Virus record (IMG/VR): IMGVR_UViG_3300020176_000010
Span: 17,141-81,140 of that record
From: a virus
Length of the DNA stretch: 64,000 bases
Reading direction: 5' to 3' (one strand)
Part shown: positions 49,239-59,406 of the stretch, piece after piece
Layout of the letters: every line of letters starts with the position of its first letter
How positions within the stretch are numbered: position 1 is the stretch's first letter
Notes under the pieces: model-generated
What the model was told of the DNA's origin: nothing
What the model saw: the letters and a program-made list of their open reading frames with translations, nothing else
Databases searched by the model: none
Translations under genes and position numbers: made by a program

Positions 49239-49382
49239 CCTCACACAGGCGCAGCTGAAGGAGCTGCTCAGATCAAGGTCAACGGCAAGCGCATTTATTT
49301 GGGCCTCTTTGTTGAGGCGGAGGATGCTCACCAGGCGTATTTGGCGGCGAAGCGTGAGCTGCACCCGTTTGGAAACCTATGA
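49222..49382 (+). pseudogene. Internally deleted HNH-AP2 endonuclease remnant
   Basis: DLTQAQLKELL joined out of frame to AQIKVNGKRIYLGLF..AHQAYLAAKRELHPFGNL*. Confidence 0.8.
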
Positions 49383-50890
49383 CAGAACAAGAACAGGCCG
49401 AGTCGCTGGAGGTGCTTGCGAATGACCTCGAGGTCTTCTGTGCGTACTGCATGAAGATCAAGACGAAGTCTGGCTCGATGGTTCCATTCATTTGGAATAA
49501 GGCCCAGCAGATCGTTCACGAGATGCTTGAGAAGCAGCTGCGCGAGACCGGCAAGGTGCGCGCCCTGGTGCTCAAGTACCGCCAGGGCGGGATCTCGACC
49601 TACATTGCGGCGCGCTTCTATCACAAGGCGACGACGCAGGAAGGGCAGAACGTCTTCGTGGTTGCGCACGAGCAGAAGGCGACCGACAACCTGTTCTCGA
49701 TGGTCAAGCGGTATCACGACTACAACCCGCTGCCGGTTAGCACCGGCAACACCAATGCGAAAGAGCTGATCTTCGACAAGCTGGAAGGCGGATACAAGCT
49801 GGCCACAGCAGGCACCAAAGACGTCGGCCGCTCCAATACCGCGCAGATGCTGCACGGCTCAGAGTACGCATTCTGGGCAAATGCTCAGATGCACCTTGCC
49901 GGTATCGGCAGCACGATTGCCGATGTGGATGGCACGGAGATCATTCTTGAGTCGACGGCGAACGGCCTTGGCAACTCGTTTCATGAGCTATGGCAGGCAG
50001 CGGAGGCTGGACAAAACGAGTGGCTGCCGATCTTTTTGCCGTGGTTCATACAGCCCGAGTACCGAGCGAAGGTTCGACCCGACCTCGAGCTCACCACTGA
50101 GGACATCAAGTACCAGCAGGCGTACGGCCTGGACATGGAGCAGATGCAGTGGAGAGCGAACAAGATCTCCACGTATGGCAAGGGTTTCGAATGGCTGTTC
50201 AGTCAGGAGTTTCCGGCGACCGCGGCCGAAGCCTTCCAGACATCAACACAGAACCCGCTGATCTCTCCGAACGATGTGATGGAGGCGGTGAACAGCGGCT
50301 ACCGCGATCGAAGTGGGCCGCTGATCATTGGGTGCGATCCAGCCGAAGAGGGCGCTGACCGCACCGCGATCGTGTTCCGCCAGGGTCGCACGGTTTTCCG
50401 CATGGAGTATCACGAGCGCAAGCGGACGATGCAGATCGCTGGGATCCTGGCTGGCTACTGGCAAGAGTTCAAGCCAGACGCAATGTTCATCGACCGCATC
50501 GGCATCGGAGCTGGAATCTACGACCGGCTGCTGGAGCTGAACATTCCAGTGATTGGCGTGCACTCTGGCGAGCGAGCCAACGAAAGCGACATCTACGAGA
50601 ACAAGCGTGCCGAGATGTGGTGGCTGATGAAGGAGTGGATTGAAGACCACCCGAATCGACTTCCAAAAGACGCCGCCCTGATCGCAGACCTTATCGCCCC
50701 GCAACCGAAGGTCACCAGCAAGAGCAAGCGATTGCTCGAGTCAAAGGCCGACATGAAGAAGCGCGGCATCCGAAGCCCAGACGGTGGAGACGCCCTGGCG
50801 CTGACTTTTGCAGAACCTGTCGTGAGGCGGGATGAGAACTGGGGCGCGAGCTCCGGGGGCTACAAACCGGCAACACGAGTCGGCTACTGA
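49379..50890 (+). CDS. terL: Terminase large subunit
   Basis: LKYRQGGIST Walker A, HGSE Walker B, ESTANG motif III, IGCDPA nuclease Asp, SPDGGDALALTF. Confidence 0.95.
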   Translation: MTEQEQAESLEVLANDLEVFCAYCMKIKTKSGSMVPFIWNKAQQIVHEMLEKQLRETGKVRALVLKYRQGGISTYIAARFYHKATTQEGQNVFVVAHEQKATDNLFSMVKRYHDYNPLPVSTGNTNAKELIFDKLEGGYKLATAGTKDVGRSNTAQMLHGSEYAFWANAQMHLAGIGSTIADVDGTEIILESTANGLGNSFHELWQAAEAGQNEWLPIFLPWFIQPEYRAKVRPDLELTTEDIKYQQAYGLDMEQMQWRANKISTYGKGFEWLFSQEFPATAAEAFQTSTQNPLISPNDVMEAVNSGYRDRSGPLIIGCDPAEEGADRTAIVFRQGRTVFRMEYHERKRTMQIAGILAGYWQEFKPDAMFIDRIGIGAGIYDRLLELNIPVIGVHSGERANESDIYENKRAEMWWLMKEWIEDHPNRLPKDAALIADLIAPQPKVTSKSKRLLESKADMKKRGIRSPDGGDALALTFAEPVVRRDENWGASSGGYKPATRVGY

Positions 50891-50899
50891 GGAACCACT

Positions 50900-51679
50900 A
50901 TGGCAACGACCACCGAAGATGATTTCGCCCGCACATGGAGAGAGGCTACAGCCCTCGACGGTGTTGAGCAGGCTGCAGGCGAGAAACCTGCAGAGCTGCC
51001 AACGACCACGGCGATGACGCCCGAGGAGCTCTACTCCACGACATGGAAGAACGAGCAGAACGGGTACTACAACACCAAGCCACTGCGGGTGGATGCCCCC
51101 ATCGCCGAGAAGCCCGTTGGCATCGATGTCCCAGTGGCCGAGAAGCCTGTCGGCACCATGGTTGAGCCAGAGGTTGAGTACGAGGTGCGCTGGACGGGCG
51201 GCACCGAGGCTGACGATGGCCAGACCGTACTGATCGACCCAAAGACTGGTCAGACGGTGAAGTCGTTCGCCGGCAAGCTGTTTGATGACGCCGAACTGGC
51301 AGGCAACAACCGCATGGCCGCTAGCAAAATCAGCGAGATGACTGGCTGGGCGGCTCCAGCAAAGCCTATGCCAAAGCCAGCCGCGGCCATCACGCCAGAT
51401 GCCGTGGAAATTGGTGGCGTCAATGGCAGCGCGAGCCCCGCCAGCGATGTTGTCGCAAAGCCTATGCCCAAGCAGCCTGTGGTTGATGCGGGCCCAGTGG
51501 CGACTCCAATGCCAAAGAAGCCTGCGACATATACGGGCTCGTCTGGCGTTTCCATGACTGGAGCTCAGAGTGGCTTCGGCTGGGGCCGCGACATCGCGAA
51601 CGGCGTGGCGCAGCGGCAGCCCGCAGGAGACGCTGGAATGGCGGATAGCTACGAACAAGCCTGGAAGGATCAAGCGTGA
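50900..51679 (+). CDS. Hypothetical protein between terL and portal
   Basis: RBS GAGGA; P/A/K-rich repeats (KPMPK). Confidence 0.75.
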   Translation: MATTTEDDFARTWREATALDGVEQAAGEKPAELPTTTAMTPEELYSTTWKNEQNGYYNTKPLRVDAPIAEKPVGIDVPVAEKPVGTMVEPEVEYEVRWTGGTEADDGQTVLIDPKTGQTVKSFAGKLFDDAELAGNNRMAASKISEMTGWAAPAKPMPKPAAAITPDAVEIGGVNGSASPASDVVAKPMPKQPVVDAGPVATPMPKKPATYTGSSGVSMTGAQSGFGWGRDIANGVAQRQPAGDAGMADSYEQAWKDQA

Positions 51680-54063
51680 CCCAAACACTGAGCCCTGACG
51701 AGATCGAATTCGCTGCGGCTCATGTGGAGGCCGTGAAGGAAGACGAGACCGGCGCCAAGATGCACTTGAGCACCCTTGGCGCTCTGCTGCAACGCGAGTT
51801 CGGGCAGGCTGAAAACGATCGCCGAATGACCGAGGAGCGCTGGCTGAAGGACATTCGCCAGTACCGCGGCAAGTACGACCCTGACGTCGAGCGCAGCATC
51901 GGCAACCGCTCCAGGGCCTTTGTGCGCAAGACGCGCGTGAAGGTCAAGACGGTGGACAGCCGCGTGGCCGACCTGCTCTTCCCCGCTGGCAGCGAGAAGA
52001 ACTGGTCCTGCGACCCAACGCCGAAGCCCAGCATTGCCGAGGACTCGCGCAGGCAGATCGCGGCGCAGCTGGCCCAGGCTTCGGGTGGCCAGCCTCCATC
52101 ACAGCAGGCGCTCGATGAGGCCGTTCTGGCCGTGGCCAAGGAGTCCGCCAAGCGGATGACCAAGACCATCGAGGACCAGCTGATCGAGGCGCGCTACAAG
52201 GACGCCTGCGTGAAGGCGGTGCACTCTGGCAACCTGTATGGCACCGGTGTGCTGAAGGGCCCACTGGTCGAGCGCAAGGTGCGCACGCGGTTCCGCCACG
52301 TTGTGAAGACCGTGATGGGAGCTGGCGGCCAGCCAACCCAGGTGCAAGCCTGGGAGCAGTACAACGAGTCGTACGTGGTGCCGTTCGTGGACTACGTGCC
52401 GCTCTGGCGCTTCTACCCCGACATGGCCGCCACAACGCTGGACCAATGCCGGTACGTGTACGAGCGCCACAGCATGGCCAAGCACGAGGTGCTGGCGCTG
52501 ACCAAGCGCAAGTCGTTTGACGCGCAGAAGATCGTCGACTACGTGAAGGCGAACCCAGATGGATCTGTGGTCGCCCGGTACTACGACAACGAGCTCAAGA
52601 GCATTGGCGAGCGCGAGGCCACACAGGCCAGCGCATTCGGCCAGTACGAGGTGCTTGAGCGCTGGGGGTGGATCGATGGCCAGCACCTGAAGGATGCTGG
52701 CGTGGATGTGCCAGAGGCGCGCATTCACGAGACGTTCTTCAGCAACGTGTGGATGCTGCCAGGCGGGTGCGTGATCAAGGCCGCGATTCAGCCGATCAAC
52801 GGCGTGACGTGGCCCTACCACATGTACTACTTCGACAAGGACGAGACATCGATCTTTGGCGAAGGGCTGGCATCGATCATGCGCGACGACCAGGAGATGC
52901 TGAACGCCGCTGTTCGATTGATGATCGACAACGCCGCCATCTCCTCTGGCCCGCAGCTTGAGATCGCGGTTGGCCTGCTGTCGGCCATGGAGAATGTGGA
53001 CGAGATTGTCCCGTGGAAGGTGTGGAAGCGGAATCGCGAAAGCCCGGGTCAGCGCGCCATCCATGTGGTGGACCTACCAAGCCGCGTGAACGAGCTCTCC
53101 GCCATGGCGCAGATGTTCGAGGCGAACGCCGACGAGGTCACCGCGATCCCGCGTTACATGACGGGCGAGAATGCAACCACTGGCGCCGCCGGTACGGCTG
53201 CAGGCATGTCGATGCTGATGGCCGCTGCCAACATCGTGATCAAGGATCTGATCACCAGCTGGGATGAGGGCGTGACCCGGCCCTTCATCCAGGCGATGTA
53301 CAGCTGGAACATGCAGTTCAACCAGGACAACAGCATCAAGGGCGACTACGACGTCAAGGCACGCGGTACTGCAAGCCTGGTGGCCAAGGAGGTGCGAGCC
53401 CGTCAGCTCAACGAGTTTGCTGCGATGGCAAGCGATCCGCAGGACGCCCCGTTCATCAAGCGCCACAAGCTTCTGCTGCAGCGCGCGGAGGCCAACGAGC
53501 TGTCCGACGCTGTCAAGACCGAAGATGAGGTCAAAGCTGAACAGGAAAGCGAGCAGGCCAAGCAGGCCGCAGATCTCCAGCAACAGCTGGTGCAGGCGCA
53601 GCTGAAAGAGGCGCAAGGACGTGCCGAGAAGATCGTGGCCGAGGCCGAGGTCGCGCGGCGCAAGTCGGAAGAGATTCTGGCCAACATCGACCTACTGGTC
53701 GCCAAGAAGGTCAGCGAGAAGGTCAGCGCCGTGTATGCAGCGCTGCAGGCTGGTGGTGTAGCAACCAACAGCCCCTACACCGCGCCAGCTGGCGACGAGA
53801 TCCTGCAGAGCTCAGGGTGGGAAGACGAGAACGGCGACCCAACGGTGGCCATGCTCAACGGCCCGCCCGTGCAGCAACTGCAGGGCACTCAGCAGCTGGT
53901 CGGCAGGGGGCAGTCATTCCAGACTCAGCTGCGCGGCACAACGACGGTAGAGGCCGATGTGGCCGCAGCTCAGTCCCAGCAGCAACCATCCGCAGGCCAG
54001 CCGCAGCCAGCCACCGGCATGGTCGGCGTGCAGCAGGGTATTGAGACCACGAGGATCGACTGA
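51676..54063 (+). CDS. Portal protein (podovirus type)
   Basis: 795 aa after terL; FYPD, SIFGEG..RDDQ..N, TAAGMSML motifs; C-terminal coiled coil. Confidence 0.88.
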   Translation: MTQTLSPDEIEFAAAHVEAVKEDETGAKMHLSTLGALLQREFGQAENDRRMTEERWLKDIRQYRGKYDPDVERSIGNRSRAFVRKTRVKVKTVDSRVADLLFPAGSEKNWSCDPTPKPSIAEDSRRQIAAQLAQASGGQPPSQQALDEAVLAVAKESAKRMTKTIEDQLIEARYKDACVKAVHSGNLYGTGVLKGPLVERKVRTRFRHVVKTVMGAGGQPTQVQAWEQYNESYVVPFVDYVPLWRFYPDMAATTLDQCRYVYERHSMAKHEVLALTKRKSFDAQKIVDYVKANPDGSVVARYYDNELKSIGEREATQASAFGQYEVLERWGWIDGQHLKDAGVDVPEARIHETFFSNVWMLPGGCVIKAAIQPINGVTWPYHMYYFDKDETSIFGEGLASIMRDDQEMLNAAVRLMIDNAAISSGPQLEIAVGLLSAMENVDEIVPWKVWKRNRESPGQRAIHVVDLPSRVNELSAMAQMFEANADEVTAIPRYMTGENATTGAAGTAAGMSMLMAAANIVIKDLITSWDEGVTRPFIQAMYSWNMQFNQDNSIKGDYDVKARGTASLVAKEVRARQLNEFAAMASDPQDAPFIKRHKLLLQRAEANELSDAVKTEDEVKAEQESEQAKQAADLQQQLVQAQLKEAQGRAEKIVAEAEVARRKSEEILANIDLLVAKKVSEKVSAVYAALQAGGVATNSPYTAPAGDEILQSSGWEDENGDPTVAMLNGPPVQQLQGTQQLVGRGQSFQTQLRGTTTVEADVAAAQSQQQPSAGQPQPATGMVGVQQGIETTRID

Positions 54064-54305
54064 TGGATAGCGAGCCAATGATCCGCGGCAGGATTGCATC
54101 GGCGGTCGCTCTCGTGCGCGAGTACGAGGGCACCCCGGTGCACCGCGCCTTCTTGGAGCTCTTTGGGGCCCTCGAGGACGATTACATGCGGCGCCTGATG
54201 ACGGTGACCGTTGAAGAGTTGGCGCGAACGCAAGCGGCACTGCACCAGGTTTTGGAGCTGCAGCGAGCATCCGTCAAGGATGGCCAGTCTGATGGACGCA
54301 TTTGA
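54063..54305 (+). CDS. Small protein after the portal
   Basis: Coupled 80-aa helical ORF. Confidence 0.7.
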   Translation: MDSEPMIRGRIASAVALVREYEGTPVHRAFLELFGALEDDYMRRLMTVTVEELARTQAALHQVLELQRASVKDGQSDGRI

Positions 54306-54377
54306 TTTTTTGAGCCCCGGGGAAGCCGGGCAACAACGCCGGGCGAACCGGCATTCCCTGGAACGAAAGGAACCGCA

Positions 54378-55412
54378 ATGGCAATGACCGAAGAACAGCT
54401 GCGCAAACAAGAAGAAGAGTTTGCTGCAGCCTACGGCGAAGACGAACAGAAGCCCGACGAGCAGACTGAAGACGCAGCCTTCGGCATCGACCCAGAGCCC
54501 GCGTCGGAAGGCGATAAGGAGGCTGTGGTCGTGGTGGCTGACGGCGAGCAGTTGCAAGAGGCTGCCGGCGAAGCTGCCGCAGACGAAACCTCCAAGGCCG
54601 AGACCGATGCGGCAAACGCAGAGGCCCAAAACACTGGCGACAACGAGGTGATCGACACAGCAGCCGCTGCGCCCGAGTCACCAGCTGTTGACGTCGACAA
54701 GGAAACCCAGCGACTGAAGTCCTGGGAGGGTCGTCTCAAGGCTCGCGCCAAAGAGCTTGGCATGAGCCTGGACGAGGGTGGCGAAGTCGAGAACGCTGGC
54801 TCCGAGGCCCTCGAGGAGGTCGCAGACAAGGCAGAGGCCGCAGGCGACACCGAGAAGGCTGCCGCAGCAGAGCAGGCTGCTGATGCAGTTGAGTCTGGCG
54901 CAATGTCGTTCGAGCAGGCCATCAAGGCGCTGTCCGAAGACTTCGGCGACGAGTTCGTCAAGATGATCGAGGCCGTGGCCGCCAAGGCTGCAGCCGACGC
55001 CGCGTCCAAGACTGCCGACGGCAAGCTGGGCGAGCTGGGCAAGACGGTCGAAGAGATCATCGCCCACATCGGCGACAGCCAGCAGCGCGCGCACTTCGAG
55101 GCCATTGCTGACGCGCACCCAGACTTCAACGACCTCAAGGACTCGCCAGAGTTCAAGGAGTTCGTGAAGGCCTACGCCGATGGCGAGAAGATCGCCAACG
55201 AAGGCTCCGCCCGCCAGGTCATCAAGATGCTGACGGCCTTCAAGGAAGGCGCCAAGAACGCCGAGCAACCAGCCGAGAAGGCTGCACCAACCGAGGCCCC
55301 TGTGGACACCGCGGCAATGGATGCAGCAGAAGGCGTGCGCTCCGGTGGCCTGCGACTGCCTGAAGAGCCTGTCGAATCTGGCGACTACGCGGCGGCCTGG
55401 TCCGAGGCGTAA
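54378..55412 (+). CDS. Scaffolding protein
   Basis: Acidic and helical; AHPDF motif; precedes the capsid gene; ends GDYAAAWSEA. Confidence 0.8.
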   Translation: MAMTEEQLRKQEEEFAAAYGEDEQKPDEQTEDAAFGIDPEPASEGDKEAVVVVADGEQLQEAAGEAAADETSKAETDAANAEAQNTGDNEVIDTAAAAPESPAVDVDKETQRLKSWEGRLKARAKELGMSLDEGGEVENAGSEALEEVADKAEAAGDTEKAAAAEQAADAVESGAMSFEQAIKALSEDFGDEFVKMIEAVAAKAAADAASKTADGKLGELGKTVEEIIAHIGDSQQRAHFEAIADAHPDFNDLKDSPEFKEFVKAYADGEKIANEGSARQVIKMLTAFKEGAKNAEQPAEKAAPTEAPVDTAAMDAAEGVRSGGLRLPEEPVESGDYAAAWSEA

Positions 55413-55690
55413 CAGCTGACCCACCATGCGTGGGCACAGTATCTGAGCCCGTTGCGCACCCAGCGCAGCGAGCTCTGTCCGATCTCCTCACGAGACCGCC
55501 GTTGCAGGTGCGGCGGACACCAATCACCTGCGATTTGGAGCACGACGAACCAGTCGCGCTGGATGACACCACGGGACACGCGCAAGCGCCCCGGGCACGG
55601 TGTCGAATGTCTGGCATACGGCAATCGGGAAAGTCTTAGCGCTCCTTTTGAAAGCACTTCAAGAGTAACTGCCAACGAAAGGAATTTGTT

Positions 55691-56674
55691 ATGGCACAAA
55701 CCAACTACGGCGATATTTCGCCCCGCACCGCCGCCTATGCACAGAAGGATCTGTTGAAGCGCGGCATCCCCTTCCTGGTGATCGAGAAGTTCGGTCAGGC
55801 CAACCAGGTGCCCAGCAACGCGACCAAGGTGACGAAGTTCCGTCGCTACACCGCGCTGTCCAACACACCCAACGCCCTGGTCGAAGGCGTGACGCCCGCC
55901 GGTCAAACCCTGACCCACACGGACATCACCGCCACGCTGACCCAGTTCGGCGACAAGATCACGATCACCGACGTGATCATGGACACCCACGAGGACGACG
56001 TCCTCAAGGAGGCCACCGCACTGCTGGGCGAGCAAGCCGCGCAGATGATCGAGAAGATGCGCTTCGGCATCCTCAAGGCCGGCACCAACGTGATCTTCGC
56101 CAACGGCACCCAGCGCACGGACGTGAACACGGCTGTGACCCTGGCCCTGCAGCGTCGCGCCGTGCGTGCCTTGAAGCGTCAGAATGCGCGCCCGATCACC
56201 TCGATCGTGCGCTCCACGCCCGCCTACGGCACTGAGGCTGTGGCTCCCGGCTTCGTTGGCCTGATCCACCCCGACTGCGCCAACGACGTACGCAACCTGG
56301 TTGGCTTCACGCCCGCCGAGAAGTACGGCTCTGTGACCCCCTGGGAGAACGAGCTGGGCAAGTGCGAAGACGTGCGCTACGTGGAATCGACCATCTTCGA
56401 ACCCTGGCAGAACGCTGGCGGCGCGAAGGGCACGATGCTGTCCACCGGCGGCACGAACGCTGACGTGTACCCGATCCTGTACCTGGGTCGCGATGCATAC
56501 GGCATCACCGCGCTGAAGGGCATGTTCTCGATCACCCCCATGGTCGTGAACCCCAAGCCTTCCGACTCCGACCCTCTGGCCCAGCGCGGCCATGTGGGCT
56601 GGAAGACCATGCAGACCGCTCAGATCCTGAACGACGCCTGGCAAGTTCGCGTGGAAGTTGGGGCGACCGCCTAA
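55691..56674 (+). CDS. Major capsid protein, N4-gp56 family
   Basis: YGDISPRTAAY..FRRY..LVEGVTP..SDSDPLAQRGHVGWK. Confidence 0.93.
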   Translation: MAQTNYGDISPRTAAYAQKDLLKRGIPFLVIEKFGQANQVPSNATKVTKFRRYTALSNTPNALVEGVTPAGQTLTHTDITATLTQFGDKITITDVIMDTHEDDVLKEATALLGEQAAQMIEKMRFGILKAGTNVIFANGTQRTDVNTAVTLALQRRAVRALKRQNARPITSIVRSTPAYGTEAVAPGFVGLIHPDCANDVRNLVGFTPAEKYGSVTPWENELGKCEDVRYVESTIFEPWQNAGGAKGTMLSTGGTNADVYPILYLGRDAYGITALKGMFSITPMVVNPKPSDSDPLAQRGHVGWKTMQTAQILNDAWQVRVEVGATA

Positions 56675-56736
56675 TGATTGATTTCGCATGAGTTGATCTC
56701 CAGGATACAATGTTGTCCTGGAGGTCTCTTGTGCCA

Positions 56737-57534
56737 ATGAAAATCTGCGAGTGCTGCGGCACTCAGTTCCACGCAAGGCTCTCGGCAACGAGGACTTGCG
56801 GTGTTGCGTGTCGCAACAGGTTGATCGCGGCCGAGAAGGCGGAGAAGCACAAGAGCACAAAGGCGTGCCCCGTGTGCAAATCCGACTTCGAGGTCACTGG
56901 CGCCAACCCGCACCAACAAACATGCTCGAAGGAGTGCTCGTACAAGCTGCGCGGTGAAAATCGCTCAGATCGCGTCGACATGAAGTGCGCCACCTGCGGC
57001 AATGTCTTTGCCGCCCTGCGCAGCAAGGCTGAGCGAGGCGGTCCGCTGTATTGCTCGAAGGCGTGCTTTTACGAGCGCAACAAGGCGGCCATGACAAGGC
57101 AGTGTGAGTGTTGCGGACAGAGTTTCAGCTCCCCGCCAAGCCATTCGCACGTCAAGACATGCTCGCAGGAGTGCGGCTACAAAATCTCCTCCGGAGAGAA
57201 CAAGCCGAACTACAAAGGATTGACCGAGCTGGTCGTTATTGACGGCGTCAAGAAGTCCAGGCGAACAGCCTACGGCTCTGGCGTCCATAACACGATGAGG
57301 CGAGTGTCGATCGCTCTTGCGACTCCATCCTGGGCAAGCCAGGAAAAGATTCGCAAGATCTACGAGCTGCGCGCAAAGATCGACGAGATGACTGGCATCA
57401 AACACCACGTTGACCACGTCGTTCCATTGAACAGCAAGCTGGTGTGCGGACTGCACAACGAGTTCAATCTGGCTGTAATGCTGGGCGCTGAAAACGTGCG
57501 GAAGAACAACAGGCATTGGCCTGACATGTGGTGA
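56737..57534 (+). CDS. Endonuclease with CxxC..CSxxC zinc repeats and C-terminal HNH
   Basis: Four Zn repeats; ATPSWA..HHVDHVVPL..VCGLH..NL..ENVRKNN. Confidence 0.88.
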   Translation: MKICECCGTQFHARLSATRTCGVACRNRLIAAEKAEKHKSTKACPVCKSDFEVTGANPHQQTCSKECSYKLRGENRSDRVDMKCATCGNVFAALRSKAERGGPLYCSKACFYERNKAAMTRQCECCGQSFSSPPSHSHVKTCSQECGYKISSGENKPNYKGLTELVVIDGVKKSRRTAYGSGVHNTMRRVSIALATPSWASQEKIRKIYELRAKIDEMTGIKHHVDHVVPLNSKLVCGLHNEFNLAVMLGAENVRKNNRHWPDMW

Positions 57535-57555
57535 CACGCGCCACACAAACCCAAC

Positions 57556-57576
57556 GGGGCCTTCGGGCCCTTTTTG
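57556..57576 (+). terminator. Rho-independent terminator
   Basis: GGGCC-TTCG-GGCCC-TTTTT. Confidence 0.85.
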
Positions 57577-57628
57577 CTTTCTGGGATCCGGGAGGCATCA
57601 CATCGCGACAACGTAGCGAAGGAACACT

Positions 57629-58159
57629 ATGTCCAACATTTCTGAAGTCCACTCTGTAGGCGTACGGGCGGCAGTCGGCGACCGCTGCATGAGCAAGGTC
57701 ACTCTTGCGATCAATGCGGCGGCCGCTGCCACGGTAAAGACCACCGGCGCGGTCGTCTACACCATCGGCGGCGTGTTCTACACGAAGGCAGCGCTGGCAG
57801 CCCAGTCGATCGCGGCGACCCACCGCTTCGACGGCGAGGCCGTGAGCGCAGCAGACCCAGCCTACGTGCAGCCCGCCGGCACGACCGTGATCTATGTCGT
57901 GGCGCTGAATGCGGCCGGCACGGTGGCGGTGGTGCAAGGCAGCTATGCCGGCCAAGAAATCACCTACGCCAACGACAAGTCGAAGGTTCTGGTGGGTGCT
58001 GGCGGCATCCCCAAGCTGCCCGCCGGCTATGTGCCGATTGGCGCCATCAAGGTGGCCACGGCGAACGCCGCAACCTTCACGCCAGGCACGACCGCACTGG
58101 ACGCAACCAACGTGACGGCAACCTACTTCGACCTGGCAATCCTGCCTGCGTCGCTGTAA
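57629..58159 (+). CDS. Virion structural protein (possible head decoration)
   Basis: A/T/V-rich; between capsid and adaptor genes. Confidence 0.65.
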   Translation: MSNISEVHSVGVRAAVGDRCMSKVTLAINAAAAATVKTTGAVVYTIGGVFYTKAALAAQSIAATHRFDGEAVSAADPAYVQPAGTTVIYVVALNAAGTVAVVQGSYAGQEITYANDKSKVLVGAGGIPKLPAGYVPIGAIKVATANAATFTPGTTALDATNVTATYFDLAILPASL

Positions 58160-58182
58160 TCCAGCTGCTGCTGGTAACCATC

Positions 58183-58208
58183 GGGCCCTTCGGGGCCTTT
58201 TCTTTTTC
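58183..58208 (+). terminator. Rho-independent terminator
   Basis: GGGCCC-TTCG-GGGCC-TTTTCTTTTT. Confidence 0.85.
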
Positions 58209-58221
58209 GTGAGGAAAAACC

Positions 58222-58623
58222 ATGAGCGAAGACACCAAAGTAACCACCCTAGACGACGGCAACGACAACGAAACCGTCGAGACCGTCACAACACCCAGCA
58301 AGACCAAGGGCAAGGCCGTCACCAAGACGGCAGCCGCCGTGCCCGCTGCTGCTGATGCAGAGGCCGCTGCGCTTGCCGCCGATGGCGAGATTGGCCACAT
58401 CGGCCGATGCCTGGTGACGGTGCACGCCGACAAGGGTGAAGGCGGCAACCAGGCCGTGTTCGTGAGCGTGAACGGCCAAGCCTTCCAGATCCCACGCGGC
58501 AAGCCTGTCGATGTGCCCCTCGAGGTTGCCCAGGCCCTCGAGAACGCTGTCGAGACCATCTACGACGGTGGTGGCGCTGGTCGCGAAGCGCCCCGCTACG
58601 CAGTGACCATCAAGCACCTGTAA
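58222..58623 (+). CDS. Hypothetical virion-region protein
   Basis: VFVSVNGQAFQIPRGKPVDVP. Confidence 0.75.
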   Translation: MSEDTKVTTLDDGNDNETVETVTTPSKTKGKAVTKTAAAVPAAADAEAAALAADGEIGHIGRCLVTVHADKGEGGNQAVFVSVNGQAFQIPRGKPVDVPLEVAQALENAVETIYDGGGAGREAPRYAVTIKHL

Positions 58624-58626
58624 GAC

Positions 58627-59403
58627 ATGGCCGCATCCATCCTTGTGCGCGACATCCTCTCGAGGGTGTCAACACAGCTGCTCGATGCGACTCCGCAGTT
58701 CGAGCGCTGGACGGAGCGTGAGCTGGTCTACTGGCTCAACGACGCCCAGCGCGCGATTGCGAAGTACATCCCGCAGGCCTGCTCCAGGGTGGATGCCATC
58801 AGGCTGGCGCCCGGTACGAAGCAGGCAATCACAGAGATCTCGTCGTCCGACGTGATTCCTGGTGATGGGACATCCGCCCGCGTGATCCGCGGCATTGCGG
58901 TGCAGGACGTTGTGCGAAACATGGGCACCACAGGCTCATCGCCTGGGCGCGCCATCAAGCGCATCGATCGCGAGACGCTCGACGCAGCGAATCCCGACTG
59001 GCACTCGGCCAAGGCTTCATCGCCGGTGCGTGAGTACGCCTTCGATCCCCGCACGCCGACCGTCTTCTACGTCTCGCCACCAGCGCCTGTTGGTTGGTGG
59101 GTCGAGGTCTCGTACATGGCCAATCCTGACGAGATCCCAAACCCTGGCAACGCTTACGCAGCCGACGGCACGTCGATGGTCAAGATCTCGATCGACGACA
59201 AGTACACCGACGACATCGTGAACTACGTGCTGGCCAGGGCCCACCTGAAGGACGCCGAGTTTGCCGGCAACGCATCGCTGGCCTCGAGCTTCACCGCACT
59301 CTTCACGAGCAGCATCAATGCCCAGGCCGTCGCCCTCACGGGCGTCAATCCAAACCTGGAGTCGTTGCCGCTCTCACCGTCGCCACTGGCGGCAGCAAAG
59401 TAA
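58627..59403 (+). CDS. Head-tail adaptor-like protein (DUF6682-like)
   Basis: L.D..RWTERELVYWLNDAQ..FYVSPP..YVLARAHLKDAE. Confidence 0.75.
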   Translation: MAASILVRDILSRVSTQLLDATPQFERWTERELVYWLNDAQRAIAKYIPQACSRVDAIRLAPGTKQAITEISSSDVIPGDGTSARVIRGIAVQDVVRNMGTTGSSPGRAIKRIDRETLDAANPDWHSAKASSPVREYAFDPRTPTVFYVSPPAPVGWWVEVSYMANPDEIPNPGNAYAADGTSMVKISIDDKYTDDIVNYVLARAHLKDAEFAGNASLASSFTALFTSSINAQAVALTGVNPNLESLPLSPSPLAAAK

Positions 59404-59406
59404 GAC

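Noticed and set aside
55385-56860. 491-aa minus-strand ORF and similar long antisense ORFs (500-1456, 52099-53064)
   Set aside because: Shadows of GC3-biased real genes; no recognisable motifs.
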